Source: Monocercomonoides exilis PA203 (Eukaryota > Protista > Preaxostyla). From it: a DNA stretch of 64,000 nucleotides. Numbering within the stretch: the first letter of the stretch is position 1; the number at the start of each line of letters is the position of its first letter. Location: NCBI GenBank assembly GCA_001643675.2, contig LSRY02000005.1, positions 1,302,001-1,366,000 of the forward strand, in the 5' to 3' direction. Position numbers and translations under genes: made by a program. This document shows positions 51,434 to 64,000 of this stretch, piece by piece. Below the pieces are notes generated by a model that saw only the letters and a program-made list of their open reading frames with translations, was not told the origin of the DNA and ran no database searches.

Positions 51434-54400
51434 TTATTCCCATCGTGTGCTCAGCAGCAAACGTAAACTTGTGAGATCCTTTTTCAAAATTGACAAGTCA
51501 TTTCGAGAAGGAGCAGCAGCCATCAGAGGCAGCTCTCTTGCAACTACATTGGCCATATGCTGAAATTGGATATGAAAGGAGGAAGAGGAGAAAAAAAAAT
51601 ATGATGATGAGATAAATAATAATTATAAAAAAAATGAAAATATGTAAAGCACATGAAAAAGAGAAAGAGAAAGAGAAAAATGGAAAAAGAAGGAAAGAAG
51701 GAAAGAACAAGAGAAAGAACCAGAAGACATATTAATTTTAAAATATATTTTTAGAGAACCATTCATTCACACCTTCACAATCAGCTCATCAGCCCCGCTA
51801 ACGCCCAACTCTGCCATTCTCCTCATGTGCAGCTGGTGTTGCTCTACAAACAGCATCTTCGACGAATGAGTTGGCATCATCTGCATCTCCTCCCACAGCT
51901 CATTCACAAGCGACGCCTCATCCTTTGTCGAATGTTCATCAGTTTTTGTATTCACAGATTGATTTACAGTTTCTTTCATTTTGGAACGAGAAGAAGAGGG
52001 AGAAGAAAGAGAAGAAGAGGAAGAGGAAGAGGAAGAGGAAGAGGAAGAAGAAGATGATGTATCTTCGATCGAATTGCTAACCATTTTTTGCTTCTGCTCA
52101 TACACTCCCCTGTATAACTCTAGCACTTGCTCTGCCACGTTTCTCTGTTCAAATTTAGAATTACAAATAGCATCAATTGAAAAGAAAAGAAAAGAAAGAT
52201 TAGTTAAGATAATTAACACATTCAAACAAAATAACAAAAAAATTTTTGAAAAAAAAAGGTTTTTCTTTCCTTCAAAAAAAAATAAAGAAGAAAGAAAGAA
52301 AGAAAGAAAATATATAAATATTTACACTCTTTCCCCTCGTTCAAAGCCAAAAATACCTTGTAATCTCCTTGTCCGCATCCAACCAGCCCACTCGAAGCAA
52401 GCGCCTTCGACAGCTTCCTTGAAGCAGCAGTTGTTCTTCTTTCATTCGCCATCTTTGCATTCATCTGCCCTTGAGCCTCAGCCGAAGATGAATACATCCG
52501 ATTTCCAGATACCCTTCTGCTTGGCAGATAATCAGCAGTATTTGAGAGGGTGATGGTGGGAGAAGGAGGAGGAGGAAGTGGTGGAAGACGAGGTGAATTG
52601 CAAGACTGAGATGGAATTGTTTTATTAGTCACCCCAAACGATGTGCATTCTTCACTTTGCACATTTGAAACAGACAGTGCAGTCAAAGACGTTGATGAAG
52701 AAACAGAAAGAGGAGAAGGGTTGTCTCTCTCAGCCATCTGCTTTCTCTTGATCATCTTCGCATGTGAATGTATTCCTTCATTCGAACAGCTGCCAACCCC
52801 CTTTTTCCCACCAGACACAAACATCCTCTGCGAAATAGAAGGCAAAGGCAAGTCACGTGCTTCCAATGGCATGTGAATCTTCTGAGAAGCTGGGGAGAAA
52901 ATATGCTGCCCCAAAAAGAAGATAAATGCATGCGATGCCAGCGTGCGGATGGCACTAAGCACACGATGCAGGAAAAGCGAGCCAGATATGCTGAACGAAA
53001 GAGTGAGGAGGTTTGAGGAGAAGAGGCTGTTTCCTGTTTGCGATGTGATGAATGAAGAAAATGAGACATTTCTGAACAGCTCCCATGCTTCTTTCCATCT
53101 TTCCTCCATTCGAATATGCTCCCTCCTTCTCCTCATCGCATCTCTTTCTTCCGGTCTCAACACCTTGCCACTGCTTCCGAATCTATGATTATTATCATCA
53201 TCGTAATCATCAGACTCGTCATCATCCTCGTCTTCCTCCTCCTCTTCGTCATTTGTCCCGCCTTCCATCTCCTCCACGCACATCCATCGTGCTCGGTGCA
53301 TCTCAAACATCAGCTGCGTGATCTGCCCAGGCGGAATCCGCCAAACTGCCGAGTCTCTTCCGATGTCCCGCTCAAAGTCCCATACAAACACCAGCTCTGC
53401 TGCGTTCTCTGGAAGCATCTTCTGCATTTTTTTTCTCTGCTCTTCTTTTTCTCTCGGTGAGTCTGATTCCTTCAAATATCCCTTTGACAAGCCACAGAGT
53501 TCAATGCCAGCAAGTGAGCGAGCGGTCAAAGGTGTTGTGCGCCAGGCTTCGACATGAGGAGATGCAGTTGTCGAAGGAAAGCTGCTTGATTCACTGTGAC
53601 TATTGTGAGTGCTTTTTGATTCTGAATGATCATATTTCGTTTGGACTTTCTCTTTCTCTTTCTCTTTCCCTCTCGCTTTATCTTTATTTTTCATTTTTTC
53701 CTTCTTTATTCTTTTCCCCCTTTCCATTCCTTCAAACCTCGCTGGATCTACAGACGTTGAGCCAACCACAAACAAAGACAAACATCCAACAATGCAAATC
53801 ACCTCGTCTCTGTTCTCTTCAGCCGCACACACAACCACAGGCACACCGCACAACAGAGCAAGTGCTGCTTCCTTCATAATTGGGTGCTTGATGAAGAGGA
53901 AAAGAAAGAGAGAAGGAGAAAAAGAATTGTTTGTGAGGAGAGAAGCAAAGGGATGCACAGAGCGGTTGAAGAACGTGATGGAAGAGCCGATCAGATAGTC
54001 AGAAACGAACGGGAGAAAAGACGGGATTGAAGCTTCAAATGAATTACTTGACAGAAAATGCGATGAAGTTGACAATTGCTTGCCATTTTGTGTGGAAGGA
54101 GGCATCAAACCAAACAGCTCGCACATCGATCGATTGACTGCTGACTGCTTCATTTTGTTGTACTGAACAGCTGAATAAGTCTGAGGGACAATGCAATCTT
54201 TTTGATTTTTGGCCATTTCACAAGAAGAAGAAGAAGAAGAAGAAGAGTAACTTTCCATTTCATCTGATGCAAATCCAAAGGAAGGATCATACGAAGATGA
54301 TGAATTCTGCATCAATGAAGACGCTCTTGTCAAACCCTGTAGTGAATGCCTGGCCAAATGGAGAGAGTGAGAAAGCGATGAAGGAGAAGAGAAAGAGCTG

Positions 54401-57400
54401 TCATTTGCAACAGAGCTGATGGCAGAGAAGGCCAATATCTTCGCCATAAAGTGTGAATAACAAGGCAGACGGTGTGTTTGTGTCTGGGTGAGCAGATCGA
54501 GGGAGTATGGGGAAGTAGAAGAGGAAGAAGAAACCAAAGACGTGTTATTCGATACATTCAAAGAAGAAGAAGAAATAGCAGAACCAGAAGCAGAAACAGC
54601 AGAGAAAGAAGCACTTCGAGTTTTTGAACCAACTCCTCTGCTTCCTCCTCCTCCAGCAATTCTTCCTCTTTCGCTTTCCATCCCAACAGCCTCCACCAAA
54701 CGAAGCAAGTTCTTTGGGATTGCCACACTCAACGGCGCATCCAACGTCTCCATGATGCGTGTCAATGAATAAGATTGAGAACTTACTGCAGAAGAAGAAG
54801 AAGAAGAAGAAGAAGAAGAAGAGGAGGAGGAGGAGGAGGAGGAAGAAGAAGAAGAATAAGGATTATACCCGCCTCCGCAGTATCTCCTCGGATTCTCCAT
54901 CACACTCATCAGCGCATTCCTCACACCCACTGCAACTGACTCAGAAATCGACGGTTTGACTTCGTTTTCTCGTTCGAGCGAGGCGATGGTGTCTGAAACA
55001 GAGGCAAATGACATCGTTTCCGCCTGCGAAGAAGAGCGGGAAGAGAAAGAGGAGTAGGAATCAGAGGAGGTGGAAGGCTCTCTTGTGTGTGTGGCTGTGA
55101 GTGGGTCTGAAAGTGAGTATGACGACTTGTTGAGAAAGAGAGAGGAAGAGGAGGTGAAAGGGGAAGAATCTGAAGAATCTGAAGAAGAAGGCAAAAGAGT
55201 TGAAGAAAAAAACATTGAAGAAGAGTCAGAAATGTGATCTTGAGGCAGCTCTGCAGAAGGAGAATCTATTTGATTGGGCGGGTGGAATATGCAGGCTCTG
55301 ACTGAAATGTAATCAGCAGGCAAACCCGAAAGCAGTTGTTGTTTTTCTCCTCCTCCCCCTTCTCCTCCTCCGCTGCTCGACCGGGAATACAACCTGGAAG
55401 TTTGCTCACTTTCGCTTTTTCTCCCCTTTTCTGTGGAAATTGACGTTTCTTTGGGTTTATCGTTTTCTGTGGATTCTTCAATGTTTAATTGCTTTTCAAT
55501 CTGTGATTGTTTGCTTGGCTCAAATTCTGACGATAACGAAGTTGTAATAATACTCTTATATGTGTCATCATTAACTAGTTCATTCTTCTCTTCCTTTTCC
55601 TGTTTTCCCTCTTCGCTCTTCTTCTTCTCTTTCAATTTCTCTTTCTTTTTTTCTTTTTCCTTCTCCCTTTCTCTCTCTCTTTCTTTCTCCCTCTCTTTCT
55701 TCAACGACACATTTGTTGCAACCATCCTATCAAACAAAGAGGAAGGGATCAGAAGAGGATTCAGCGAGGCATAGAAAGCTGGAGAGACAGGCAAATCAGA
55801 CGAAAGAAAGAGAAGACGAAGAGAAACACTTTGGGGAACAGGAAATGAAGTGAATGGCATAGAAAGATTGAGAGTGAGTGGAGGGAGAGGCAAAAATACG
55901 TGTGTGAGCACAGCATCGTCTTCATAAGAAGAGGGTTTTTTCTTTTTGGTTGATTTTTTCTTTTTCTTCTCTTTCTTCTTCTCTTCCTTCTCTTTCTCTT
56001 TCTCCTTTTCCTTCTTTTTGGTCTTGTTCTTTGTCTTTTCTTTCGTTTTTGATTTCTTCTTCTCCATTGCTTTATTATCAACATCTTTTTCTTCTTCTCC
56101 TTTTATTTCTCCTTCTCCTTCTTCTTCTTCTTCCTCTTCTTCTTCTTCACCCTCCTCTTCCTCTTCCTCTTCTTCTTCTATTACTTCACCCGACGAAGAA
56201 GCAGAAGAGTCAGAAGAATGGACAGTTGCATATGAACTGTCACCAGCAGAAGGCGGAGGAGGAATAGGAACAGCATTTGTGAGAGGAAGAGGAAGAGGAA
56301 GAGGAAGAGAAGAAGGAAAAGAAGTTGAAAGAGAAGAAGGAAAAGAAGAAGGAAGAGGAAGAGGAGGAGGCAAAGAAGAAGACAAAGAAGAAGGAAGAGA
56401 ATGAGAAAAACTTGAAGAAGAAGAAGGAGGTGGTGGGAGAGGGCGAGAAAGAGGATAAGATGAATGTGAAGTAGATGAGGAAGAAGGAAGGAGAAGAAGA
56501 GAAGAAGAAGAGGAAGAAGAGGAAGAAGAGGAAGAAGAGGGATAAGGTATTGATAAAGTAGGAGCAGTGGTTAATACAGGGGGTTGAGTACATTCAGAAG
56601 AAGAAGAAGAAGAAGAAGATGATGATGATGAAAGAGAAGATGGATTGGAAGAAAACGAAGAAGGAACAGAAAATGAGGAAGAAGAGGAAGAAGAGGAAGA
56701 AGGTGAAGGTGCTGTTGAATTGCTATTGGAAAGAGAATTTGAATCATTCAGATTTGAAGAAGATGAAATGTTTTCATTGTTTATGTTGTTTGGACTGTTA
56801 ATGTTATTTGAAGAAGAAGAAGAAGAAGATGATGAGGAAGAAAAAGAAGAAGAAAGTGAAGAAGAAGAAACAGAAGTTGAAGCAGAAATAGGAAGATGGA
56901 AGCAAACAGAAGATTGTTGAAGGTCGAAGGCAGGGTGGAGTGAGGAAGAACGATAAAATAGAGGCATTTCTGCGTTTCTTTGGAGAAGATTGGGAGAAGA
57001 AGAAGAAGAAGAGGAGGAGGAGGAGGATGATGATGATGAAGTGAAAGTGGAAGAAGAAGAAGAAGAGGAAGATGATGTTGATAATGTTTGATCTGAAGAA
57101 GAAGAAGAAGAAGAAGTATCAGTATTAGGATTGAGAACAGTTGAAGAAGAAGAAGAAGAAGAAGAAGATAACGAAGCAGGATTTGGTATTAATCCAAGCA
57201 AATTTGGAGAAGAAGAAGAAGAAGAAAGTGAAATGGAAGATGAATGGCCTGTTGGGAAGAAAGGAAAAAGACTCAAATAAGAGGCAAAAAGAGAGGCAGA
57301 AGAGAAAGACGGGGAAGAAGGAACAGAAACAGGATGGAAGGAGCTGTAGTGGTAGTGAGGAGATGAGAGAGAGAGAGAAAGAGAAGAGGAGGAAGAGGAG

Positions 57401-60400
57401 GAAGAAGAAGAAGAAGAGGAGGAGGAGGAAGAAGATGATGAATGTAATGAAGTGGAAGAAGAAGAAACTTTTTGAAGTGAATCATTTTTAGTGGTCTTGT
57501 TTTTGACATTTGCTTGCTTAGAATTCTGATATTTTGATAAGCAAACATCTTTTTTGCTTCTCTTTTTTTCTGTTTTCTTCTTTTCGTTCTTATTCACTTT
57601 TTCTTTTTCTTTTACTCTTTTGGATGAAGAATTAGAAGAAGCAATAGAAGAATGATTTGACGTGACTGAGGTGTTTTGTATGTTTATAGGCATTTGATGG
57701 CCATTGAAAGAGAGAAGAGGAGAAGATTGAAGAGGCTGGAAGGGATAGAGCGAGATGTTTGAATCAGACAATGAGGAAGAGGAAGAGGAAGAGGAAGAGG
57801 AAGAAGATGATGACAACGTTGAAGGAAAGGAAGCAGAGGAAGAAGAAGACGTTAAATTGGTTTGCAAATGTTTATTCACCTCTTCATAATTCGAATCAGA
57901 AATAGTTTGCGAAATTTCATTGATTTCACATTTTCCTTCGTTTTCCTTGTTATTAACAGTATTTTCATCTTCATCAGCCTTTTTCTTCTCTTCAGGAACA
58001 TAAACTTCTGGTTGAATAACATCGGCTTCTTCAGAAGAAGATGTTGAATCATTATTACTTTGTTGTTCATCTGCTATTTTTGCCTCTTCGGTTATTCTTG
58101 TTTTGTTCTCTGTTTGCTTTGTTTGTGAAGAAGAAACATTGTTAGAAATCATTTGGTTTTCTTCTTTATCATTTTCACTTTCTTTTGCAGTGACAGAAAT
58201 TTTATTCTGTTTATTTGATTTCTTTGATATATCTTTTCTTTCTTTATTCTTCTTCTCTTCTTTTTCTTCTGCTCTTTCTTCATAACTTCCTCTTCTTTCC
58301 ATCACATTTAACTCATTTTTCCTCTCATCTTTTCCCAATCCAGTCAATGAAGCATACAATTCTCTATCAAAAGGGCGATATTCACTCGAAAGCGAGCAAA
58401 GCGACTCATAATGAGAGATTAGAAATGGCTGGAGCACTTCTGGAAGAGAGAGAAGATAAGAAAGGGAAAGAGAGAAGCGATAATGATGATGATTGTGATT
58501 TTGATTGCTGTTTCTGCTTTTTGAAGGGCGGATGGTTGCAGCAGAATGAAATGTTTGAATTGAAGTGGAAGAAGAAGAAGAAGAAGAAGAAGAAGATAAT
58601 GTTGATAATGATGAAAACGAAAAAGAAGATGATGACGAAGATTGCAATGTTGACAACTTCTTTTTATTGTTTTGTTCTTTCTGATGGCAATTTTTCAGAA
58701 TTGTTGGCGGTGCTTCAGTATCCGAAGTTGGTCTTCCACAAACTTCCTTCTTTTTCGCGTCTTCTTCTTCTTCTTCTTCCTTCTCTTTCCTTTCTTTCCT
58801 CTCCTTCCTCCTCCTCTCCTTCATTCTCGCAACATCCTTCATTGCTTGTATTGTTCTCCACACCGCTGCAAACGACTCTGTTGTGAATGTTGTGGGGTAT
58901 AAAAACGAAGTCAATAGCAAATTCCCCATTGCCAACAGCCCATCTCCATTCGATCGGAGCCTTGCGAATGAACGAGATAAGCAGCTAGATCTCAAAAGGG
59001 ATGAAAGGTTCAATGATTGCTTTGAGGAAACAAGAGAATTTTGCTTCTGTATCTTCTGTTGTTGATAAACCAATTCCTTCTTCATTTCTTCCTTCTCATT
59101 CTTCTCTTGTCTGCAATCACCACAATCGCCATAATCCTTCCAACCCTTTCGAATCCTTTTGAACTTTGCAATCTTCGTTCTCATTTCATTATCATCTGCT
59201 CCATTCCCTCCTCCTCCACCAAGCTCCAGCTGCTGAGCACGAATGAGCTTGTGAACAAACAGCGGGCGCGAGAAATGCGAGTGGATGGTGCGGAGACGAG
59301 AGAAAGATAGAAGAAGAGAAGATGGTTGGAGTCGGATGTCAAATAGAGAAGAAGAAGAGGAAGAGGAAGAGGAAGAAGAAGAAAGTGTTGATGATGATGA
59401 AGTGGAAGAAGAGGAAGAGGAAGAGGAAGAAGAAGAAGAAGAATACAAACCCGACGAAACCTGCTCACTCAGTTCTGTGTTTGCCAGCAGCGATTCCTCA
59501 GCAGCCGATGAAATGACGAACGGGCGGGACATGTAAGATATCTGGTTCTGCCTGCCTCTCTTCTCCTTCGCTTTGCTGGGCTGTGCAGAAGTGACCGACT
59601 CAATTGGGGGAAAAGTGCACATTTCATCGATGTTCCGCCTCCGCTTGTCGAGCTGCACGTTTTTGTATGTGGAAGGCGGGAGAAGAATGGTTGGTGGGTA
59701 AGAGAGAGGAAGAAGGAGGACGTTGAGCATCTCGGGGGAGATGGCAGAAGATGGGATTGTTGTGTGATTTGAGGCTGTGTCTGAAGAAGAAGATGAAATG
59801 TGGTTGGAATGTGATGTGTCTTTTGAGGATGTTGAAGGCTCAATTGGGTTGATGACAGAGTCAGCATAGAGGAAGAAGAGGACATCAATATCGTCCTTGA
59901 AAAAAAGAAAGAAAGAAAGAAAGAAGAATGCGAAATGAAAGATGAAAGATGAAGAAAAAAGAATAAGAATAAATAAAAGTTATGTTGTTAATAAAAAAAA
60001 AGGAAAAATAAAGAGAGAAATAAACAAAAACAATAACCCCATCAATATATCTAACAAATGTGGGGGAAAAACAATCAATTTTTAAACATCAATTAACATA
60101 CAACATGTCTTTTGTTGTTTCCCAGCGCTGGACTTTTCCACATTCCAGATGGAACAAGGCTAAAAGGGAAATACGGACTCTTCATAGCATCGCCTTCTTC
60201 CTGGCTCTCTGTGCTATTTTGCCCAGTTGCACTTTTCTTCTCCTTTTTCCCTCTTCTTTCTTTTCTTTTGAAATCTTTCCTTTTCTCTTTCGGAGCATCC
60301 AACTCGTTCTTTGTCGCTTTTTCTTTCTCAATCAACTTTTGCTGTCTGAGCAACTTCTCATAGCATCTCTTAATAGCATCTTCCAATGATACCTGCGGCA

Positions 60401-61558
60401 GCCTTGTTTTGTCATCAATGCTTCCTTTTGCTCGTGTGCTTTTCACTACTTCAAACTCTTCATTTCTTGCACACTTCATCAAACTCACTTCCTCTGTTAA
60501 GATTCCTCTCTCCATCAGTTCTTTGCGCCTTCGCCTGTACAGCCCCCTCAGCTTCATGTCAAAATCACTCAGCTCGTTGAGCACATCCCAAATGCCTGCA
60601 CCTTCCAGATCTGCTGTCCCCACCCATCGCTTGTACTGAAAGTACGAAAGGAGGGCATGCTTTGGCACAGTCGATGCATTGGATGCGAAGCAAGGTGGAT
60701 TCACAGAACCCGACAAATTGTTACTGATAGGCGAAGGCGACAGCGAGCTAGAGTGTCTACGACAATCAAAAGACGATATCGAGTCATCCCTAAACTTTGG
60801 CGCTACATCATCTTGTGTGGACACTCTTTCTCTTTGACTTAAATCTTCGCTCTCCTTTCTGGAAAAACCATCACTGGAGCTTAGTTCATCGTCTTCTTCA
60901 AAAAGTTCATCAATCGACATGACGCTCTTCACTCTTGCAAGCCTGTATCTCCGATTATTTATTTCTTGTGCATTCCATTTTTTGAGATAAGCCTCAGTAA
61001 ATTTTTGTGAAATGCGCCTAGAGAGATAATTATGAGTGAATCTAATATTTCGAATTCTCGTTAAAAGATCGTGTCTAAACAATCTCCAATTTTGCGTCTG
61101 GAGATGTCTCACAATTTTATGAAATTCTTCTCTAATTTCGTCATATAACGAAAGAATTTTCTGTTTGGATGTTGAGCAGTAACTTAAAGCTAGAGGCCGA
61201 ACTGAACCACGAGCAAATACATCCGATAGAGTAAAGTGATGAACATACGCATAGATGTCTTCTGTATCGTCAATTAAGACAGTGTATGAATCATTTGGTA
61301 GAGTATCAGGAACTTTTCGAGATTTGTAATCAACTTCCACGGTCATAATTCGAATTGCAAAGTAATTAATATCAAACGAAGATAAAGATATTCGTTGAGG
61401 ATAAACTAAAATTGGTATTGGCTATTAGTATCATTTTGAAAATTATTTTGTTAATATTCTGAAAAAATAATTCTTACCCCTTCTTGTTCATTAAATTCCG
61501 TTAAAATTATAAAATCATCATCTTTAAGGGCAACAGAGCCAAAAGTTTGTGGCAACAT
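51434..61558 (-). CDS. SMCR8-like (folliculin-family) longin/DENN protein, >3,000 aa with large Ser-rich insertions
   Basis: The N-terminal DFIILTEFNEQEG|PIP...FDINYFAIRIMTV...AYVHHFTLSDVFARGSVRPLALSY matches the SMCR8 uDENN. ALLCGVPVVVC...LSLFV is cDENN-like. Exons are ~61558-61478, 61421-~60102, 59895-~52330, ~52146-51773 and ~51559-51434; the 3' junctions are uncertain. Confidence 0.82.
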
Positions 61559-61671
61559 CTGTTGGCCCCAGCGGAAATTATTAAAAAAATATTCTGATCT
61601 AACATATAATTATTTAATCAACAGTTTTTACTATGGGATAACGTTTTTTATAAATCGATTTATTGCTGTAA

Positions 61672-62039
61672 ATGTCTGGAGTCGGGACGCAATCTGCTGT
61701 AAAAGCAAGACAATTATTGCATGATATTGAAACATACAACAAAACGTTTTCTTTTCATATTTTAATTACAAATCCAAATTAGTTATTTTTTATAAATTTT
61801 CAAAGAACTGTTGATTATATATCTGGACAAATCGATAAGATAGAAGCAATAGATAAGGAATTTGTTCAAATTGTCAAGCCACTTAAAAATGAAACCCTTG
61901 CAGCCGAAGCAAATCGAAGATTGGATCTTAAGATTTGGGCTCTCGATCCATTGCCAACCGAAAAGGTATTAAAATATTGTTTTCTTTGCAGCTTTAGAAA
62001 TAATTTTTGACTTTTCAGTTGGCAAAGCATGCTCAATAA
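61672..62039 (+). CDS. Small hypothetical helical protein (84 aa, 3 exons), not in the ORF track
   Basis: Exons 61672-61745, 61806-61965 and 62019-62039 are joined by GT-AG introns of 60 and 53 nt. They give MSGVGTQSAVKARQLLHDIETYNKTTVDYISGQIDKIEAIDKEFVQIVKPLKNETLAAEANRRLDLKIWALDPLPTEKLAKHAQ*. Confidence 0.65.
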
Positions 62040-62625
62040 TACACATTTAGTTTCAACAAAACTTTATCGAAAAGAATATATTTTTTAAAGAAATTCAAAA
62101 CTTATCTAGATTCTTTTCTAAATGTTGACATTTCACGTTTTGTATCATATTCACTTCGATTTGCTTTTGTTTTTGGAGTCATTTAACTTTCAGTCGATAT
62201 CATTTTTATTATTTTCTTCACTTCAATTTTTTGTAATTGAAAATATATTCTTTGATAAGGAAATGAAAAGCTCTTAATTGCACCTTGAATAGATAAGTTA
62301 AAAGCATAATAGCCTGTTATTATACATATTCATAACTGCTGCCAAAAATAAAGAATCCTCATTGTTTTAATGTTTTTCGTTTATTGAAAGAATCATTCTT
62401 CTTTTCACAGATAAATGTTCATGATGAATGTTGATAAATAAATAAATAAATAGGCCAAAATTAAATAATGAAAAAAATACTTTTTACGAATAACTGCAAC
62501 ACTCTCGACAGAATCAAAAATAAAAAGCTAAAAGATTAATTATTCAAAACTGGAAACTGCTTATTGCCAAAATTTTTCACCATAAACAATCGTATGGTGT
62601 AATTTCCGGTTTGATTTTGAATCCT

Positions 62626-64000
62626 TTATTGAACAATAGGAGGAAGCAGGTTGTTCACTTTGGGTTGAAGCAGATTTTCAACGACTGCATCAACAACCAT
62701 CTGAAGTTCTCTTACAACCTCATCGCGGTTTGGTCCTGTTAGTTCTGAATACCACTTGATCTTTGGCTCAGTTCCAGATGTGCGCACGGTAATAACCGCT
62801 CCGTTAGTGAAAGTGAGAGTGAGCATTTCAGCCTCGGGAGAAACAGGAAGCGTAGCAACGTGATCAGCACTTGTGGAATCAAATCCTGTGTGCAAATCGC
62901 GAACAGAGGAAATTGTAAGCATCTTTTTGGTCTCTGGGTGCATAAGCTGCTTTGGATAGTGGGCGTCTCCTGTTTTTCCTGATGGATCAAACAGATCTGT
63001 TTCTGTTCCGTTTCCAAGTGCTCTAATTCTGTTGAAAATTTTGGTGATTGTCGGAGGTTCGTAGCACAAAAGATACGAATTGTTCGACACAGCGATTCCG
63101 TATTCAGCATAGATCTCATTAAGCAATTGCTGCATTGTCTTCTTATCTTTCATGTATGTAAGTGCAATAAGCTCAGCGAGCGTAGCTGATGCAGACAATC
63201 CATCCTTGTCAACAATGATGTCTGAGTCAAGGCAATATCCAATAGCCTCCTCATAGCCAAACACAGCGTGAATTCCTTCCTTCTGGTCAAAGTCCAGCAT
63301 TCTGTTTCCAATCCACTTGAATCCTGTCAAAGTTTGCGCTGTATGGAATCCTTCTTTTTTCCCCATAACGTCGATGAATCTCGAAGACACGGCACTGTTG
63401 ACCATTGCAATTTTCGCCAAGCTTTCACCTGGGTGAGCTTCTTTCCAGTCGCACAATTGGCGATACGCAAAGATCGCTCCGATTTCATCGCCTGTAAAGC
63501 GGTGCCATGCCTTTTTCGCTTCGTCCCACTCAACAAAAGTGCATCTATCTGAGTCTGGATCTGTGGCAATAACAATGGGAATGCTGTTCTTTTCAGCTGT
63601 CTTCATGGCAAGGTCCAACGTTCCTTTCTCTTCGGGATTTGGAAAAGCTGCTGTGGGGAAGTCTGGATCAGGCTGAACCTGCTCTTCACAAGGAACTGGT
63701 TCCATCAAGCCAAAGGCCGAGAACACATCTTTAATAAAGCGATATCCAACTCCATGCATGGCGGTGTAAACAACCTTCATTTGTGGAATCTCTGTACCGA
63801 AACGGCGCTTTTTAGAAAGGACTGATGCGACCTTTTCGCAATATGAAGCCCAGCAAACAGCACCTGCATCTTTGTGAAGCGATGATGATGTTACACCGTC
63901 AACGTTGATATCCCAAGGTTGCAAATTTTCAAGGATTGATTGCTGAATATGTTTATCCGTTGGAGATACAATTTGTGCACTATTTGCCCAATAAACTTTG
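62626..64000 (-). CDS. Phosphoglucomutase/phosphopentomutase, PGM2 family (5' end outside window)
   Basis: KVYWANSAQI at the window edge, then YTAMHGVG, FPNPEE, metal loop DPDSDR, TGFKWIG, sugar loop GYEEAIG and phosphate loop RTSGTEPKIK. TAA at 62626. Confidence 0.95.
   Translation of the reverse strand, partial: KVYWANSAQIVSPTDKHIQQSILENLQPWDINVDGVTSSSLHKDAGAVCWASYCEKVASVLSKKRRFGTEIPQMKVVYTAMHGVGYRFIKDVFSAFGLMEPVPCEEQVQPDPDFPTAAFPNPEEKGTLDLAMKTAEKNSIPIVIATDPDSDRCTFVEWDEAKKAWHRFTGDEIGAIFAYRQLCDWKEAHPGESLAKIAMVNSAVSSRFIDVMGKKEGFHTAQTLTGFKWIGNRMLDFDQKEGIHAVFGYEEAIGYCLDSDIIVDKDGLSASATLAELIALTYMKDKKTMQQLLNEIYAEYGIAVSNNSYLLCYEPPTITKIFNRIRALGNGTETDLFDPSGKTGDAHYPKQLMHPETKKMLTISSVRDLHTGFDSTSADHVATLPVSPEAEMLTLTFTNGAVITVRTSGTEPKIKWYSELTGPNRDEVVRELQMVVDAVVENLLQPKVNNLLPPIVQ

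Noticed and set aside
42881-59536. Many plus-strand poly-Glu/Lys/Arg ORFs
   Set aside because: Antisense shadows of poly-Ser coding repeats in the Mei2-like and SMCR8-like genes.
42922-61558. Functional TOR-pathway cluster of adjacent Mei2-like and SMCR8-like genes
   Set aside because: Adjacency in a eukaryotic genome is not evidence of co-function without conserved synteny.

Overview
Eukaryotic, AT-rich, gene-dense protist DNA read with the standard code. It has short GT-AG introns and pervasive poly-Ser tracts. The style resembles an oxymonad such as Monocercomonoides, but that is inference and not verified. From left to right the window holds: the 3' part of an Argonaute/Piwi gene with an intact DEDH tetrad; a compound (TTTC)n/(TTCC)n microsatellite; a ~2,500-aa PH-ankyrin protein head-to-head with a NEK-like kinase carrying four SPRY-like repeats; and a single-exon 2,723-aa type-I membrane receptor with a repeated beta-helix-like ectodomain and a pseudokinase tail. 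Next comes a 5,952-bp DNA transposon (23790-29741; 31-bp TIRs, perfect 8-bp TSD ATGAAAAC). It carries a decayed member of the same surface-protein family, a Ser-rich fragment and a dead DDE_Tnp_4-type transposase remnant. After it lie a coiled-coil gene, MCM5, a PDI-like protein (CYYC), a divergent kinesin-13-like motor, a pogo-like transposase relic, a Mei2-like RRM protein, a giant SMCR8-like DENN protein, a small three-exon gene missing from the ORF track, and the 3' part of a PGM2-family phosphomutase. The best candidate for an undescribed system is the gene-capturing TIR element inserted ~160 bp upstream of an intact paralog of its own cargo. No rRNA, tRNA or CRISPR array was seen. All exon models are manual.
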